From: Patescibacteria group bacterium
Lineage (GTDB): Bacteria; Patescibacteriota; Patescibacteriia; UBA2591; UBA6264
NCBI GenBank assembly: GCA_028713575.1
Contig: JAQTOB010000004.1
Span: forward strand, 1 to 32,000
Direction of reading: 5' to 3'
Length of the DNA: 32,000 nt
Shown one piece after another: positions 15,905 through 23,955 of this stretch. The notes beneath the pieces are model-generated. The model was given only the letters and a program-made list of their open reading frames with translations, was not told the origin of the DNA and did not search any database. Each line of letters starts with the position of its first letter. The stretch's first letter is position 1. A program made the translations under genes and the position numbers.

Positions 15905-16761
15905 AAAATCCTAAAGTTTCCGTTATTATTCCGGTTTATAATCGGGGAGAAAAATTAAAGGGATGTTTAAAATCTGTTTTAAATCAGACTTATAAAGATT
16001 ATGAGGTTATTGTCGTTGATAATAATTCCACGGATAACACCAAGGAAACAATAAAAGAATTTCAAAAAAAAGACAAAAGGGTGAGATATTTATTTGAACC
16101 GAAAAGGGGCGCGGCGGCCGCCAGATATTTAGGCGAAATAAATTCACAAGGAGAAATAATTTTAATGACTGATTCTGATTGCATTGTTAAGGAAAATTGG
16201 GTGGCGGAAATAATTGAACCCATTGTCAAACGCGGCGCCGTGGCGGTACAGGGCGTTAAAAGGGCCGCGATTAAGAATTACTGGACTTTACATATGGAAG
16301 AGGACGAGAGAAGGAATACGGCGGGAAGAGTCAAAGATAAAAAAATGGGTTTGTTGGATACGGCAACCTTTGCGATTAAAAAATCCGTTTTGGAAAAAAT
16401 CGGCCTTACCAACCCCCGGCTTTCAATCGGTCACGACACTGAACTGGAGGCCAGATTTAAAATTCAAGGGTATGAGATTTTTTTAAAACAAGTTGAAGTA
16501 TTGCATTATTATGCGGATAATGCAATAAAATTATTTAAAAAAATGTTTATTAGGGGCTATTGGAATGCGAGAATTACAAAAACATATGGAGCTTATAAAA
16601 AAATTTTTTTCATTCAAAGTAAAATGGAACATTTGCGTTATTTTATAAGAGTTGGTCTTGAATTATTATATTTACATAAAAATTTTAAGTATGATTTAGT
16701 CGCGGGCGTGGGTTGGAGGATAGGATTAGTTTGCGGTTATATATGGAAAAAAATAAAATAA
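15901..16761 (+). CDS. Glycosyltransferase family 2
   Basis: KVSVIIPVYNRGEKLKGCLKSVLNQTYKDYEVIVVDNNSTDNT and the DSD motif. There is a 4-nt ATGA overlap with the upstream gene. Confidence 0.85.
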   Translation: MKNPKVSVIIPVYNRGEKLKGCLKSVLNQTYKDYEVIVVDNNSTDNTKETIKEFQKKDKRVRYLFEPKRGAAAARYLGEINSQGEIILMTDSDCIVKENWVAEIIEPIVKRGAVAVQGVKRAAIKNYWTLHMEEDERRNTAGRVKDKKMGLLDTATFAIKKSVLEKIGLTNPRLSIGHDTELEARFKIQGYEIFLKQVEVLHYYADNAIKLFKKMFIRGYWNARITKTYGAYKKIFFIQSKMEHLRYFIRVGLELLYLHKNFKYDLVAGVGWRIGLVCGYIWKKIK

Positions 16762-16853
16762 AAATAAATTTCTAAAAAGTGTATTAGAAAAAAAATATAC
16801 GACAGGTATAAAATTTTTTGTCGTTTTATTCCTAAATAATTTTTCAATTTATA

Positions 16854-16880
16854 AAAAGACGCTCCAGCGAAGCGTTTTTT
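16854..16880. terminator. Putative bidirectional terminator between convergent genes
   Basis: AAAAGACGCT-CCAGCGA-AGCGTTTTTT. The stem contains one G-U pair, with an A-tract on one arm and a T-tract on the other. Confidence 0.4.
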
Positions 16881-16927
16881 GGTTTATGAAATTTTGTAGG
16901 GAATAATATGTGAAAATAGATAAAGAT

Positions 16928-17656
16928 TTAATGTTGTTTTAGGTATTCTTCAACAACATCTTCAGGGTTCCCCTGTTTGATAATTTTTCCTTTATTAACC
17001 CAGATAACCCTGTCACAATATTTTTTAATTATTGGAAGCCTATGGCTTACAAGTAAGGCGCTTGCTCCGTTTTTAATCAATTCTTTCACCTTATTGACGC
17101 TTTTATGTTTAAATTCTTCATCGCCCATTTCAAAAACTTCGTCTAAAATTAAAATATCGGGATTGCAATGAACGGCAATTGAAAAAATGAGCCTTTGTTT
17201 CATTCCGTCTGAAAATTGATAAATTTTAGTATTAACAAAATCTTTCAAATCAGAGAATTCAATAATGGAATTAATTTTTTCTTTGATTTCTTTTAGGGAC
17301 AACCCTAAAAGCAGAGAATATAGATATATATTATCTCTTAATGTTAATCTTTCCTTTAGGCCGTTGTTTAAATTTATTAGAGAAATTATTTTTCCTTGAG
17401 TATTGATTCGGCCTTTTTCTTTATCATATATTCCGGCGATAATTCTAAGCAATGTGCTTTTACCTGAGCCGTTTTTGCCGATAATTCCGACAATTTCTCC
17501 GGCGTTAACATAAAAAGAAATATTGTCTAAAACCTGGATATTTTTTTTTGTTTCTTTTCCGGAAAAAAGCGAAATAAATCTGGCTAAAATTCCCCGGTTT
17601 TTTTCAAAACCGATTTTAAATTTTTTTGACAAATTTTCAACAATTATTCTTTTCAT
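16928..17656 (-). CDS. ABC transporter ATP-binding protein, polysaccharide/teichoic-acid export type (Wzt/TagH-like, short form)
   Basis: Walker A GKNGSGKST, signature variant FSDGMKQRL, Walker B ILILDEV. Paired with an ABC-2 permease. Confidence 0.9.
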   Translation of the reverse strand: MKRIIVENLSKKFKIGFEKNRGILARFISLFSGKETKKNIQVLDNISFYVNAGEIVGIIGKNGSGKSTLLRIIAGIYDKEKGRINTQGKIISLINLNNGLKERLTLRDNIYLYSLLLGLSLKEIKEKINSIIEFSDLKDFVNTKIYQFSDGMKQRLIFSIAVHCNPDILILDEVFEMGDEEFKHKSVNKVKELIKNGASALLVSHRLPIIKKYCDRVIWVNKGKIIKQGNPEDVVEEYLKQH

Positions 17657-18477
17657 TAAATTAGTTCTGCGAATTTATACTTTAATTTATTAAAGACACA
17701 TAAACCGACGATTAAAAACAGTAAACTGTAAAATATTGCCCCTAAAACCATCCAGGTTTCAGGGGATTTTGCGTATATCATTAAATCTCGGGCCATAGTG
17801 ATAAAATAGTAGATAGGATTTAATAAGTTTAGTTTAAATAACCAGCTTTGATTTTCAATTGTATAGAAAATGGGCGTTCCAAACCAAATTAAAAAAGAAA
17901 TGAACAGCCATATATTGAATAGGTCAATAAAATAAACGGTTAGGGCCGCCAAGATAAGAGAGGCGCCGTAAATAAAAAGGCAAAATAAAAAAAGAATTAA
18001 AGGGTAAAAAATAATTCCTTGGGTTGAAACATTAAAAATAAAAAGAAGTATAACAAAAAGAATTATTTCAAATATATGCGAAAATAAAGTTTTTAAGGTG
18101 AGTGAAGCGACCAGGCATTCGCGGGGGAAGTTTATGGATTTAATAAGCCAACGGTTTTCGTTTATTACTTGGGTGGATTCTATGGTGGTTTGGCGAAAAA
18201 AATTAAACATAATTATGCCTAAGAGCAGGTAAAGCGAATAATGTGGAATATTATTGCTGAATTTATTGGCAAAAACGACCAAAAGGACAAGAAATGTTAA
18301 GGTCGGATTGAGCAGATACCAAAAAATTCCTAAATAACTTCCTTCGTTTCTTAATTTAAATTCAGCCTTAGCTAAGGCAAGACTTTTGTTTAGGGTGTTT
18401 TTTAACGTAAAGAAAAATTTTTGGGCCTTGTTCGTCACAAATATAGCGTTAACAAATTTATTTTTTAAATATGCCAA
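17656..18477 (-). CDS. ABC-2 type transporter permease (Wzm/TagG-like)
   Basis: 273 aa, six hydrophobic segments, a 1-nt overlap with the ATPase gene and a TTG start in the track. Confidence 0.8.
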   Translation of the reverse strand: MAYLKNKFVNAIFVTNKAQKFFFTLKNTLNKSLALAKAEFKLRNEGSYLGIFWYLLNPTLTFLVLLVVFANKFSNNIPHYSLYLLLGIIMFNFFRQTTIESTQVINENRWLIKSINFPRECLVASLTLKTLFSHIFEIILFVILLFIFNVSTQGIIFYPLILFLFCLFIYGASLILAALTVYFIDLFNIWLFISFLIWFGTPIFYTIENQSWLFKLNLLNPIYYFITMARDLMIYAKSPETWMVLGAIFYSLLFLIVGLCVFNKLKYKFAELI

Positions 18478-18590
18478 AATAAAAGGACTTTGTCAATTTA
18501 TTTGTCCAGCTTCCCCTTTACGATTTATTTTGTTATTATATAATATATTAGTGATAATCAATAATTAATAATCATTAATCAGCCAATTTT

Positions 18591-19169
18591 ATGACGCAAA
18601 AAAATACTACTCGGATAATCATTGCCGTGATTATCTTGGTTGTTCTCGGTTTAATTTTATTAACCGCGCCAAAAACTACGCCAAAACCGGAAACAAATTT
18701 AGGAGAAGAGCTGGAAACAGATAAAGAAGCAACTTCAATTGAATTGGAAAGTTTGGTTCCGGGAGCCAGTCCGGTTTCGGAAAAAGGCGAAGTTTTGACA
18801 ACCGAAGGCAAAGCGACCGACAACGCGGCCATTCCCGGTTCGCCGGACGCGCCTAAGCAATCTGCTTCTTTAAAAGAGGAAGAAATTCCAGAAGAAGCAG
18901 TTAAAATTTCCGTTTCTACCAACGGCTTTACTCCTAATGAATTTAAAGTTAAAGCCAAAAGCGCGATTACTCTTTCTCTTACTTCCACAGATATGACCCA
19001 TGTTTTCAAATTTGATGACCCGGTTCTGCAGGCCATTGCCATCGGTGTGGGAGGTAAGGAAACCCGAGCTATTACTTTCAATGCGCCTTCAGCTGGCGAC
19101 TACACTTTTTATTGCGATGTGCCTGGTCATCGTGGTCGTGGCGAAACAGGCGTGATGCATGTTGAATAA
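18591..19169 (+). CDS. Membrane-anchored cupredoxin-like domain protein (paralogue 2)
   Basis: Ends FYCDVPGHRGRGETGVMHVE and aligns over ~130 aa with 12037..12696. The antisense ORF 18575..19081 is rejected. Confidence 0.8.
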   Translation: MTQKNTTRIIIAVIILVVLGLILLTAPKTTPKPETNLGEELETDKEATSIELESLVPGASPVSEKGEVLTTEGKATDNAAIPGSPDAPKQSASLKEEEIPEEAVKISVSTNGFTPNEFKVKAKSAITLSLTSTDMTHVFKFDDPVLQAIAIGVGGKETRAITFNAPSAGDYTFYCDVPGHRGRGETGVMHVE

Positions 19170-19182
19170 GTATTATTGTTTT

Positions 19183-19225
19183 GAGAACAAAAATATCCCG
19201 GATTAACCGGGATATTTTTGTTCTC
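19183..19225. terminator. Bidirectional intrinsic terminator
   Basis: Perfect 19-bp stem GAGAACAAAAATATCCCGG / CCGGGATATTTTTGTTCTC with loop ATTAA, between stop 19169 (+) and stop 19235 (-). Confidence 0.75.
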
Positions 19226-19234
19226 AGTAATTTT

Positions 19235-20704
19235 TTACGGACCAATCAAATTATTGGCGATTATCTTATAATCTTGATCATAAATAAATATGCTTAAGGC
19301 GATACTTTGACATTGCTTTGGTAAAAGAAGACTATCTTCAGTCGTTTTATCAAGACAGATTAACGGCTTTTCATTCACCAAAATATCCCGAGAAACAATA
19401 ACAATTATTTTTTGATTTTTATATTCTTTTTTATCCCGCAGTGATAATTGATTGTTTTCTTTAGATACCGAAAGTAGATGATTTCTTAATTGATGATAAT
19501 GAAAATCAAATGATTGTTGAAAGCCGGAAACGATTTTTTGATTATCAGTAATAAACGCGCTTTCATCATTATTATAATTGGCTAAAAGGCTCCAATTATT
19601 AGTGCCAAAAAGCGCAGTTTTCCCGTCTATAATCAGAACATGATGATGAAGAAAAGAATTAAAAATTTCTTCGCCAATAGAACCTGGTATTTCATCATTA
19701 AAATCAAAAGTTCGCCAAACGTCGTCTAAGATTTCAAGATTGTCTATTTTTTTTCTCCATTTTTCATAAAGAAGCAAGTTAAAAGCGGAATCAGGTTTCC
19801 AAAGATTAAAGTCGTCAGTGATGATTTTAATATTTATTCCTTGTTCTGCTTTTTGCAAAATAGCTTTAGCGATTTTTCTATCCGTGAGTTGCCAAATCAT
19901 TATTTCTATGTCTTTTTCCGCTTCCTTGATTAAATCAATGATTTTTTCATTAAGAGAATTAGTTTTGAATCCCGGACTCCACCAAAGGTCAAAAAAACAA
20001 TCGTTAAAATTTATTCTTTTTGCCCAGGGCCGATAGCCGTTTTCCCCCAGTTTTTTGATGCCGCTTAATCCGTTTTTCAATCTAATAAATTCATGATAAT
20101 AAGTTTTAATAATTTCTTCTTCATTGGTGGTAAAAAGAAAACTGGGGTCAAATTGTTCCTGCCAGTCTGTCCAATTAAGGGACTCAACAATTAAATTTTG
20201 ATTATTTGTCCCCTCATCAATAATTAGAAATTTATGATGCATATAGCCGAGATCGGTATTAGCGTCTATTCTTTTAATACCCGAGGGCAAGTCGTAAAAA
20301 ACAAGATTATGTTGTTCTTCTTTTTCTTTGTCAAAAATCATGGTTATCTTTACGCCCCTTTGTTTTGCCCGATAAAGCTCTTCTTTAAAACCTTCTAAAT
20401 TAAAGGAATACATGGCCAGATCAATGGTTTTTTTTGCATTTTTAATTTTTTTTATAATAATTTCAGAAAACAAATTGGTCTTGAATTCATTATTGAAATA
20501 TATTTCGCCTCTAAAGTCGTTTTTTGATTCAACTTCCTGATGAGAAATGTATTTTGGCAATTTGAAATTAAATAAATTCCAAGCGGTTATTTTTTTAGAA
20601 ACAAGAACAAGAAAAAAACAAAGAAAGAAAAAAATAATCAAACCAAGGGTAATAATTTTAAATTTTTTCAACCCCTTTTTGGAATAGAAAATATTTTTTA
20701 TCAT
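19235..20704 (-). CDS. Membrane-anchored phospholipase D superfamily protein (two HKD-type motifs)
   Basis: N-terminal TM helix (IITLGLIIFFFLCFFLVLV). Motif 1 is MHHKFLIID (aa 155-163). Motif 2 is LHHHVLIIDGKTALFGTNNWS (aa 352-372), with His at the Lys position. Confidence 0.8.
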   Translation of the reverse strand: MIKNIFYSKKGLKKFKIITLGLIIFFFLCFFLVLVSKKITAWNLFNFKLPKYISHQEVESKNDFRGEIYFNNEFKTNLFSEIIIKKIKNAKKTIDLAMYSFNLEGFKEELYRAKQRGVKITMIFDKEKEEQHNLVFYDLPSGIKRIDANTDLGYMHHKFLIIDEGTNNQNLIVESLNWTDWQEQFDPSFLFTTNEEEIIKTYYHEFIRLKNGLSGIKKLGENGYRPWAKRINFNDCFFDLWWSPGFKTNSLNEKIIDLIKEAEKDIEIMIWQLTDRKIAKAILQKAEQGINIKIITDDFNLWKPDSAFNLLLYEKWRKKIDNLEILDDVWRTFDFNDEIPGSIGEEIFNSFLHHHVLIIDGKTALFGTNNWSLLANYNNDESAFITDNQKIVSGFQQSFDFHYHQLRNHLLSVSKENNQLSLRDKKEYKNQKIIVIVSRDILVNEKPLICLDKTTEDSLLLPKQCQSIALSIFIYDQDYKIIANNLIGP

Positions 20705-22382
20705 ATTTTAATAAAGAATTATCTTGACCGGAAAGAACGATAAAAATTGATTCTTTCAGCTGATTGGTTAAAATTTTGAAGACTTTGTTCGTTATTTCGT
20801 TATTTAGGTCAGCATAAATAGCGTCCACGATTATTAACAAAGGCTTTTTTATCAGGCAATAAGCGGCCTGCAAAGAAAAAAGTTCCGTTAAATTCATTTT
20901 CATTGATTGAAAATCATGACCCATGAATTTGCTTAATGACATAATAAAATTAAATTCTTTAAAGGGAGAAAGTGTTTGAAATGTTTTTTCAACATCTAGG
21001 GGCGTAATGTCTTCTTTATTTTTTCCTGTTAAAATTTCACCGATTTTTTTTTCCGTTGACAAATCGTTTTTGATAAAATAAGCGGGAAAAGAGGCTTGCT
21101 GCCAATGTTTGTAAAAAAATCTTTTACCATTGATTTTTACTATCCAGCTGGAAATATTGAATTGACCTTGACCGGAAAAAATAAGACCTAACTGATTTTT
21201 ATTTGGATTTTTCCCAAAAATGAGAATTTTTTCACTTTTTTTGAATTCAAATTTTAGATGATGCGAATATCCGTCTGATTTTATTAATTTTGTTTTTTTT
21301 GCATTAAAGGAAATGGTTTGGAAATTTTTGAAATTGATAAATCGGCGCTTATTGGTTTTAGATTTAGGAACAGAGAGGATTAGCCCCAGCTTGGTAGGCA
21401 ATGAATAAAATCCGATTTGTAAACTGGTGTAGAGTAAGCGAGTGAGATAAAAGATAATGATGCCAGAAAGAAATAGATTGCCAATTTCTATTTGCAGAAA
21501 AAAAGAAGGAAAATATATTTGCAAAATATAAAATATTCCGGCCAAAAGAATTAAAAGAGCGAAAATTACCCGTGGTCCGAAATTGAGCCAAAGATTTCGG
21601 CGGATGCGAAAATAAGTGTCAATTTTTACTAAATCATCAAGTTTTTTCAAGCTTTTTTCTTCCAAGCGATGGCTTTGAATAAAGGGCAATTCATAAAGGT
21701 CGGTTACAATATTTTTGATTATTTCCGAATACAAAGTGGTTTCCTTGGTAATGTAGTTTTTTGCAATGAAATAGCCAATAACTCCAATGGCGATGTTTAT
21801 AGGAATGAAGGCAAGAACAATGATTAAAAGTTTTGTGTTATAGAAAAAAGTGATGGAGATTAGTCCTAAAATATAAAGAATCCAACGCATTGAACCAATA
21901 AGGCTTTTTTCAACCCCCATTTGTAGCAAAGGAAGATGATATGATATTTTGGCAATTAAAGAGGCCTTGTTTTGACTTTTTGTTTTGAAAAAGGGACGAT
22001 GCAGGAAGATTTTAAACCAACCCCTTCTCAAATCGTTTAATAAATAAACAATTAGGGTTTTTTCTATTTTTAAACCAATAAAAGAACAAACAAGATAAAT
22101 CATTACTCCGGCGGAGAGAATAAAAAAAACGATTGGCATTTTTTTGCGGATTAAAAGAGCGCTGAATTGGGAAATAAAACTGTGGCTAAACAAAGACAAA
22201 ATAACTTCTAAAATAACCAGAAAGAAAATAAGCAAAATCATGATTTTTACTTCTTTTTTGTGTTTTTTTATAAAACGCAAAAGGTATTGGAAATGAAAAT
22301 TTTCCAATTTCAGTTGATGGATGTTTTTTTTAATTTTTTCCCTTTGTTGATACAAAGAGATCTGATAGTTTTTTTCTTCCAT
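20658..22382 (-). CDS. ABC type-I exporter homologue (6 TM + NBD-like domain) with degenerate ATPase motifs
   Basis: TMD pattern FQYLLRFIKKHKKEVKIMILLIFF..., LNDLRRGWFKIFLHRPFFKT. In the NBD-like region, Walker A is GKNPNKNQ, the signature is LTELF and Walker B is LLIIVDA (no catalytic Glu). ATG 22382 is preferred over the tracked TTG 22394 because GAGGT lies 5 nt upstream. Confidence 0.75.
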   Translation of the reverse strand: MEEKNYQISLYQQREKIKKNIHQLKLENFHFQYLLRFIKKHKKEVKIMILLIFFLVILEVILSLFSHSFISQFSALLIRKKMPIVFFILSAGVMIYLVCSFIGLKIEKTLIVYLLNDLRRGWFKIFLHRPFFKTKSQNKASLIAKISYHLPLLQMGVEKSLIGSMRWILYILGLISITFFYNTKLLIIVLAFIPINIAIGVIGYFIAKNYITKETTLYSEIIKNIVTDLYELPFIQSHRLEEKSLKKLDDLVKIDTYFRIRRNLWLNFGPRVIFALLILLAGIFYILQIYFPSFFLQIEIGNLFLSGIIIFYLTRLLYTSLQIGFYSLPTKLGLILSVPKSKTNKRRFINFKNFQTISFNAKKTKLIKSDGYSHHLKFEFKKSEKILIFGKNPNKNQLGLIFSGQGQFNISSWIVKINGKRFFYKHWQQASFPAYFIKNDLSTEKKIGEILTGKNKEDITPLDVEKTFQTLSPFKEFNFIMSLSKFMGHDFQSMKMNLTELFSLQAAYCLIKKPLLIIVDAIYADLNNEITNKVFKILTNQLKESIFIVLSGQDNSLLKYDKKYFLFQKGVEKI

Positions 22383-23568
22383 GATGGACCTCAAGATAAT
22401 ATTTATATAAAGAAGGGATTTTAATATTTTTCAAATCCTTTTTTAGTTTTTTTTGTAATCGGGGAGAATAAGAACCGTAAAAATATTTAGTAATGATGCG
22501 GAAAAAAGTTTCAGACAAATTTTTAATTTGTTGTTCGTCATTAACTAAGATTTTTTGGCTGATAATTTGCAATAATTGGTTATTTAAAGAATTCTCTTTT
22601 TTATAAAGAAGTTGGGAAAAATGTTTCATTTTATTTTTTGGCTTAAAAGAAAGAAGTGACGTCCGCCAATAACTTATGGTTTTTTTAACAAATGAGTCCT
22701 CTAAACTAATTAAACGGTCATGGAAACAATAGCCTAAAAAATTAAATTTTTCTTTTCCATTTATCAATCTGGTTTTTTCTTTTTTAATTTCTAATTTTAA
22801 TTCTTTAAGGTGTTGATATAAATATTTTTCAATTTCTTTAAGTTTTTTTAGACTTGGGTCAAAGGCGATTAAATCGTCGCCGATGCGACGATAAAGGCAA
22901 ATTTTTGGCCCCAAGTATTTGTCTAGGTCGTCCAAATAAAGATTAGTAAAAAGGGCGATTAAAGGCACGCCTTGAATAACGCCGATTTTTGGCTGATAAA
23001 TTTTTTTATCCTTATAAACCGCATTTTTAATGAAAAGTTTAAGGATTTCCATCAGCGGTTTTTCAGAAATAGTTTTTTCAAGTTTGGTTATTAAAATATC
23101 TTGGTCAATGTAATCGGAATAATTTTTAAGGTCGGCAATCAGAATAAAATCTTTATCATAATAACGTTGATAGCGTCGCGCCACGCTACGACTGGCGTAA
23201 AAACTGCTATGAGAAGAACGATAAGAGAATAGATAAGGCGAATAAAGATTTTCAAAAATTGGCTCTAAAACCCGATAAATAGCTTGAGCTTTAATTCGGG
23301 CTCTAACTGAATAAACATATATGTCTCTTAAAGAACCGTCTTTTTTTGGAATGTAATGGCAAATAGCTGGCGCCAAAGGAGTAATTTCAATTAATTCTTT
23401 CCTCGCTTTTTGGCAGAATTCTTCTGCCTGAGATTTAACGTCGTTTAGGCCAAGTCCTTCAATGCCGACGTATCTTGCCGTTAAGGATTTTTGGTCAAAT
23501 TTTTTAGCCAAATCCAAATAGGCCTGCCGAATGTTTTTAATGTCAATTATTTTTTCAAAAAGTTTCAT
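22330..23568 (-). CDS. Stand-alone reverse transcriptase (group-II-intron-like / retron-like RT fold, unclassified)
   Basis: RT motifs IPKKDGSLRDIYVYSVRARI, FILIADLKNYSDYID, GVIQGVPLIALFTNLYLDDLD, LYRRIGDDLIAF, LEIKKEKTRL, FNFLGYCF. There is a ~125-aa C-terminal thumb-like region and no nuclease domain. Confidence 0.85.
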   Translation of the reverse strand: MKLFEKIIDIKNIRQAYLDLAKKFDQKSLTARYVGIEGLGLNDVKSQAEEFCQKARKELIEITPLAPAICHYIPKKDGSLRDIYVYSVRARIKAQAIYRVLEPIFENLYSPYLFSYRSSHSSFYASRSVARRYQRYYDKDFILIADLKNYSDYIDQDILITKLEKTISEKPLMEILKLFIKNAVYKDKKIYQPKIGVIQGVPLIALFTNLYLDDLDKYLGPKICLYRRIGDDLIAFDPSLKKLKEIEKYLYQHLKELKLEIKKEKTRLINGKEKFNFLGYCFHDRLISLEDSFVKKTISYWRTSLLSFKPKNKMKHFSQLLYKKENSLNNQLLQIISQKILVNDEQQIKNLSETFFRIITKYFYGSYSPRLQKKLKKDLKNIKIPSLYKYYLEVHHGRKKLSDLFVSTKGKN

Positions 23569-23578
23569 TTTTATATCA

Positions 23579-23618
23579 AGCCCCGTATTTCAAAAACAAA
23601 ATACGGGGCTGTTTTTTT
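23579..23618 (+). other. Strong hairpin with a T7 tract on the plus strand, 10 nt upstream of the RT start codon
   Basis: AGCCCCGTATTT-CAAAAACA-AAATACGGGGCT followed by G-TTTTTTT. The stem is 12 bp and perfect. It has terminator geometry only in the plus orientation, where there is no upstream plus-strand gene. Confidence 0.6.
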
Positions 23619-23832
23619 ACCATAACATGGCAATGCCCAACGGCGAGCCATTAATCAAGTCAAATTGAGATAACAGTGCTAAATAGGTTTTTTTTATTTT
23701 TTTTATTATTTCACTTGCTGTTTTGGTATTAGGCGGTTTTATAACAACAAGCCGGATAATTTTTAATACCCCTTATTTAAAGAGTGGTTATGGTTTTAAT
23801 TTAATTGAAATTTTTATTTGAACAGCAATTAT

Positions 23833-23844
23833 TGGAAATTTCCA
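23833..23844. promoter_or_regulatory. 12-bp perfect palindrome TGGAAATTTCCA (possible operator)
   Basis: Self-complementary and located in the divergent intergenic region between the RT cassette and the LamG protein gene. Confidence 0.3.
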
Positions 23845-23926
23845 TTCAACTACATTTTAACACGGATTTTAAAAAATTGATATGCTTGTCTTGTGGAAAA
23901 GTTTTTAAATTAATTGAAGTTTTTAA

Positions 23927-23955
23927 TTGTTATTTTCCCCTTTTTATACTATAAT
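23927..23955 (+). promoter_or_regulatory. Sigma70-like promoter for the LamG-repeat protein gene
   Basis: -35 TTGTTA (23927..23932), 17-nt spacer, -10 TATAAT (23950..23955). It lies inside the tracked TTG-initiated N-terminal extension. Confidence 0.45.

Noticed and set aside
18575-19081. 168-aa minus-strand ORF overlapping the second cupredoxin-like gene.
   Set aside because: The plus-strand ORF has a clear paralogue at 12037..12696 and a copper-site pattern. The antisense product is low-complexity Ser/Val/Ala-rich and would overlap the divergent promoter region.
22330-23620. A group II intron, given a group-II-like RT and a hairpin beginning AGC that superficially recalls domain V.
   Set aside because: The hairpin lies upstream of the ORF instead of downstream, has no 2-nt bulge or GNRA loop, and has terminator geometry on the opposite strand. 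No domain I-VI-like structure or exon-binding context is evident, and the RT lacks an endonuclease domain.
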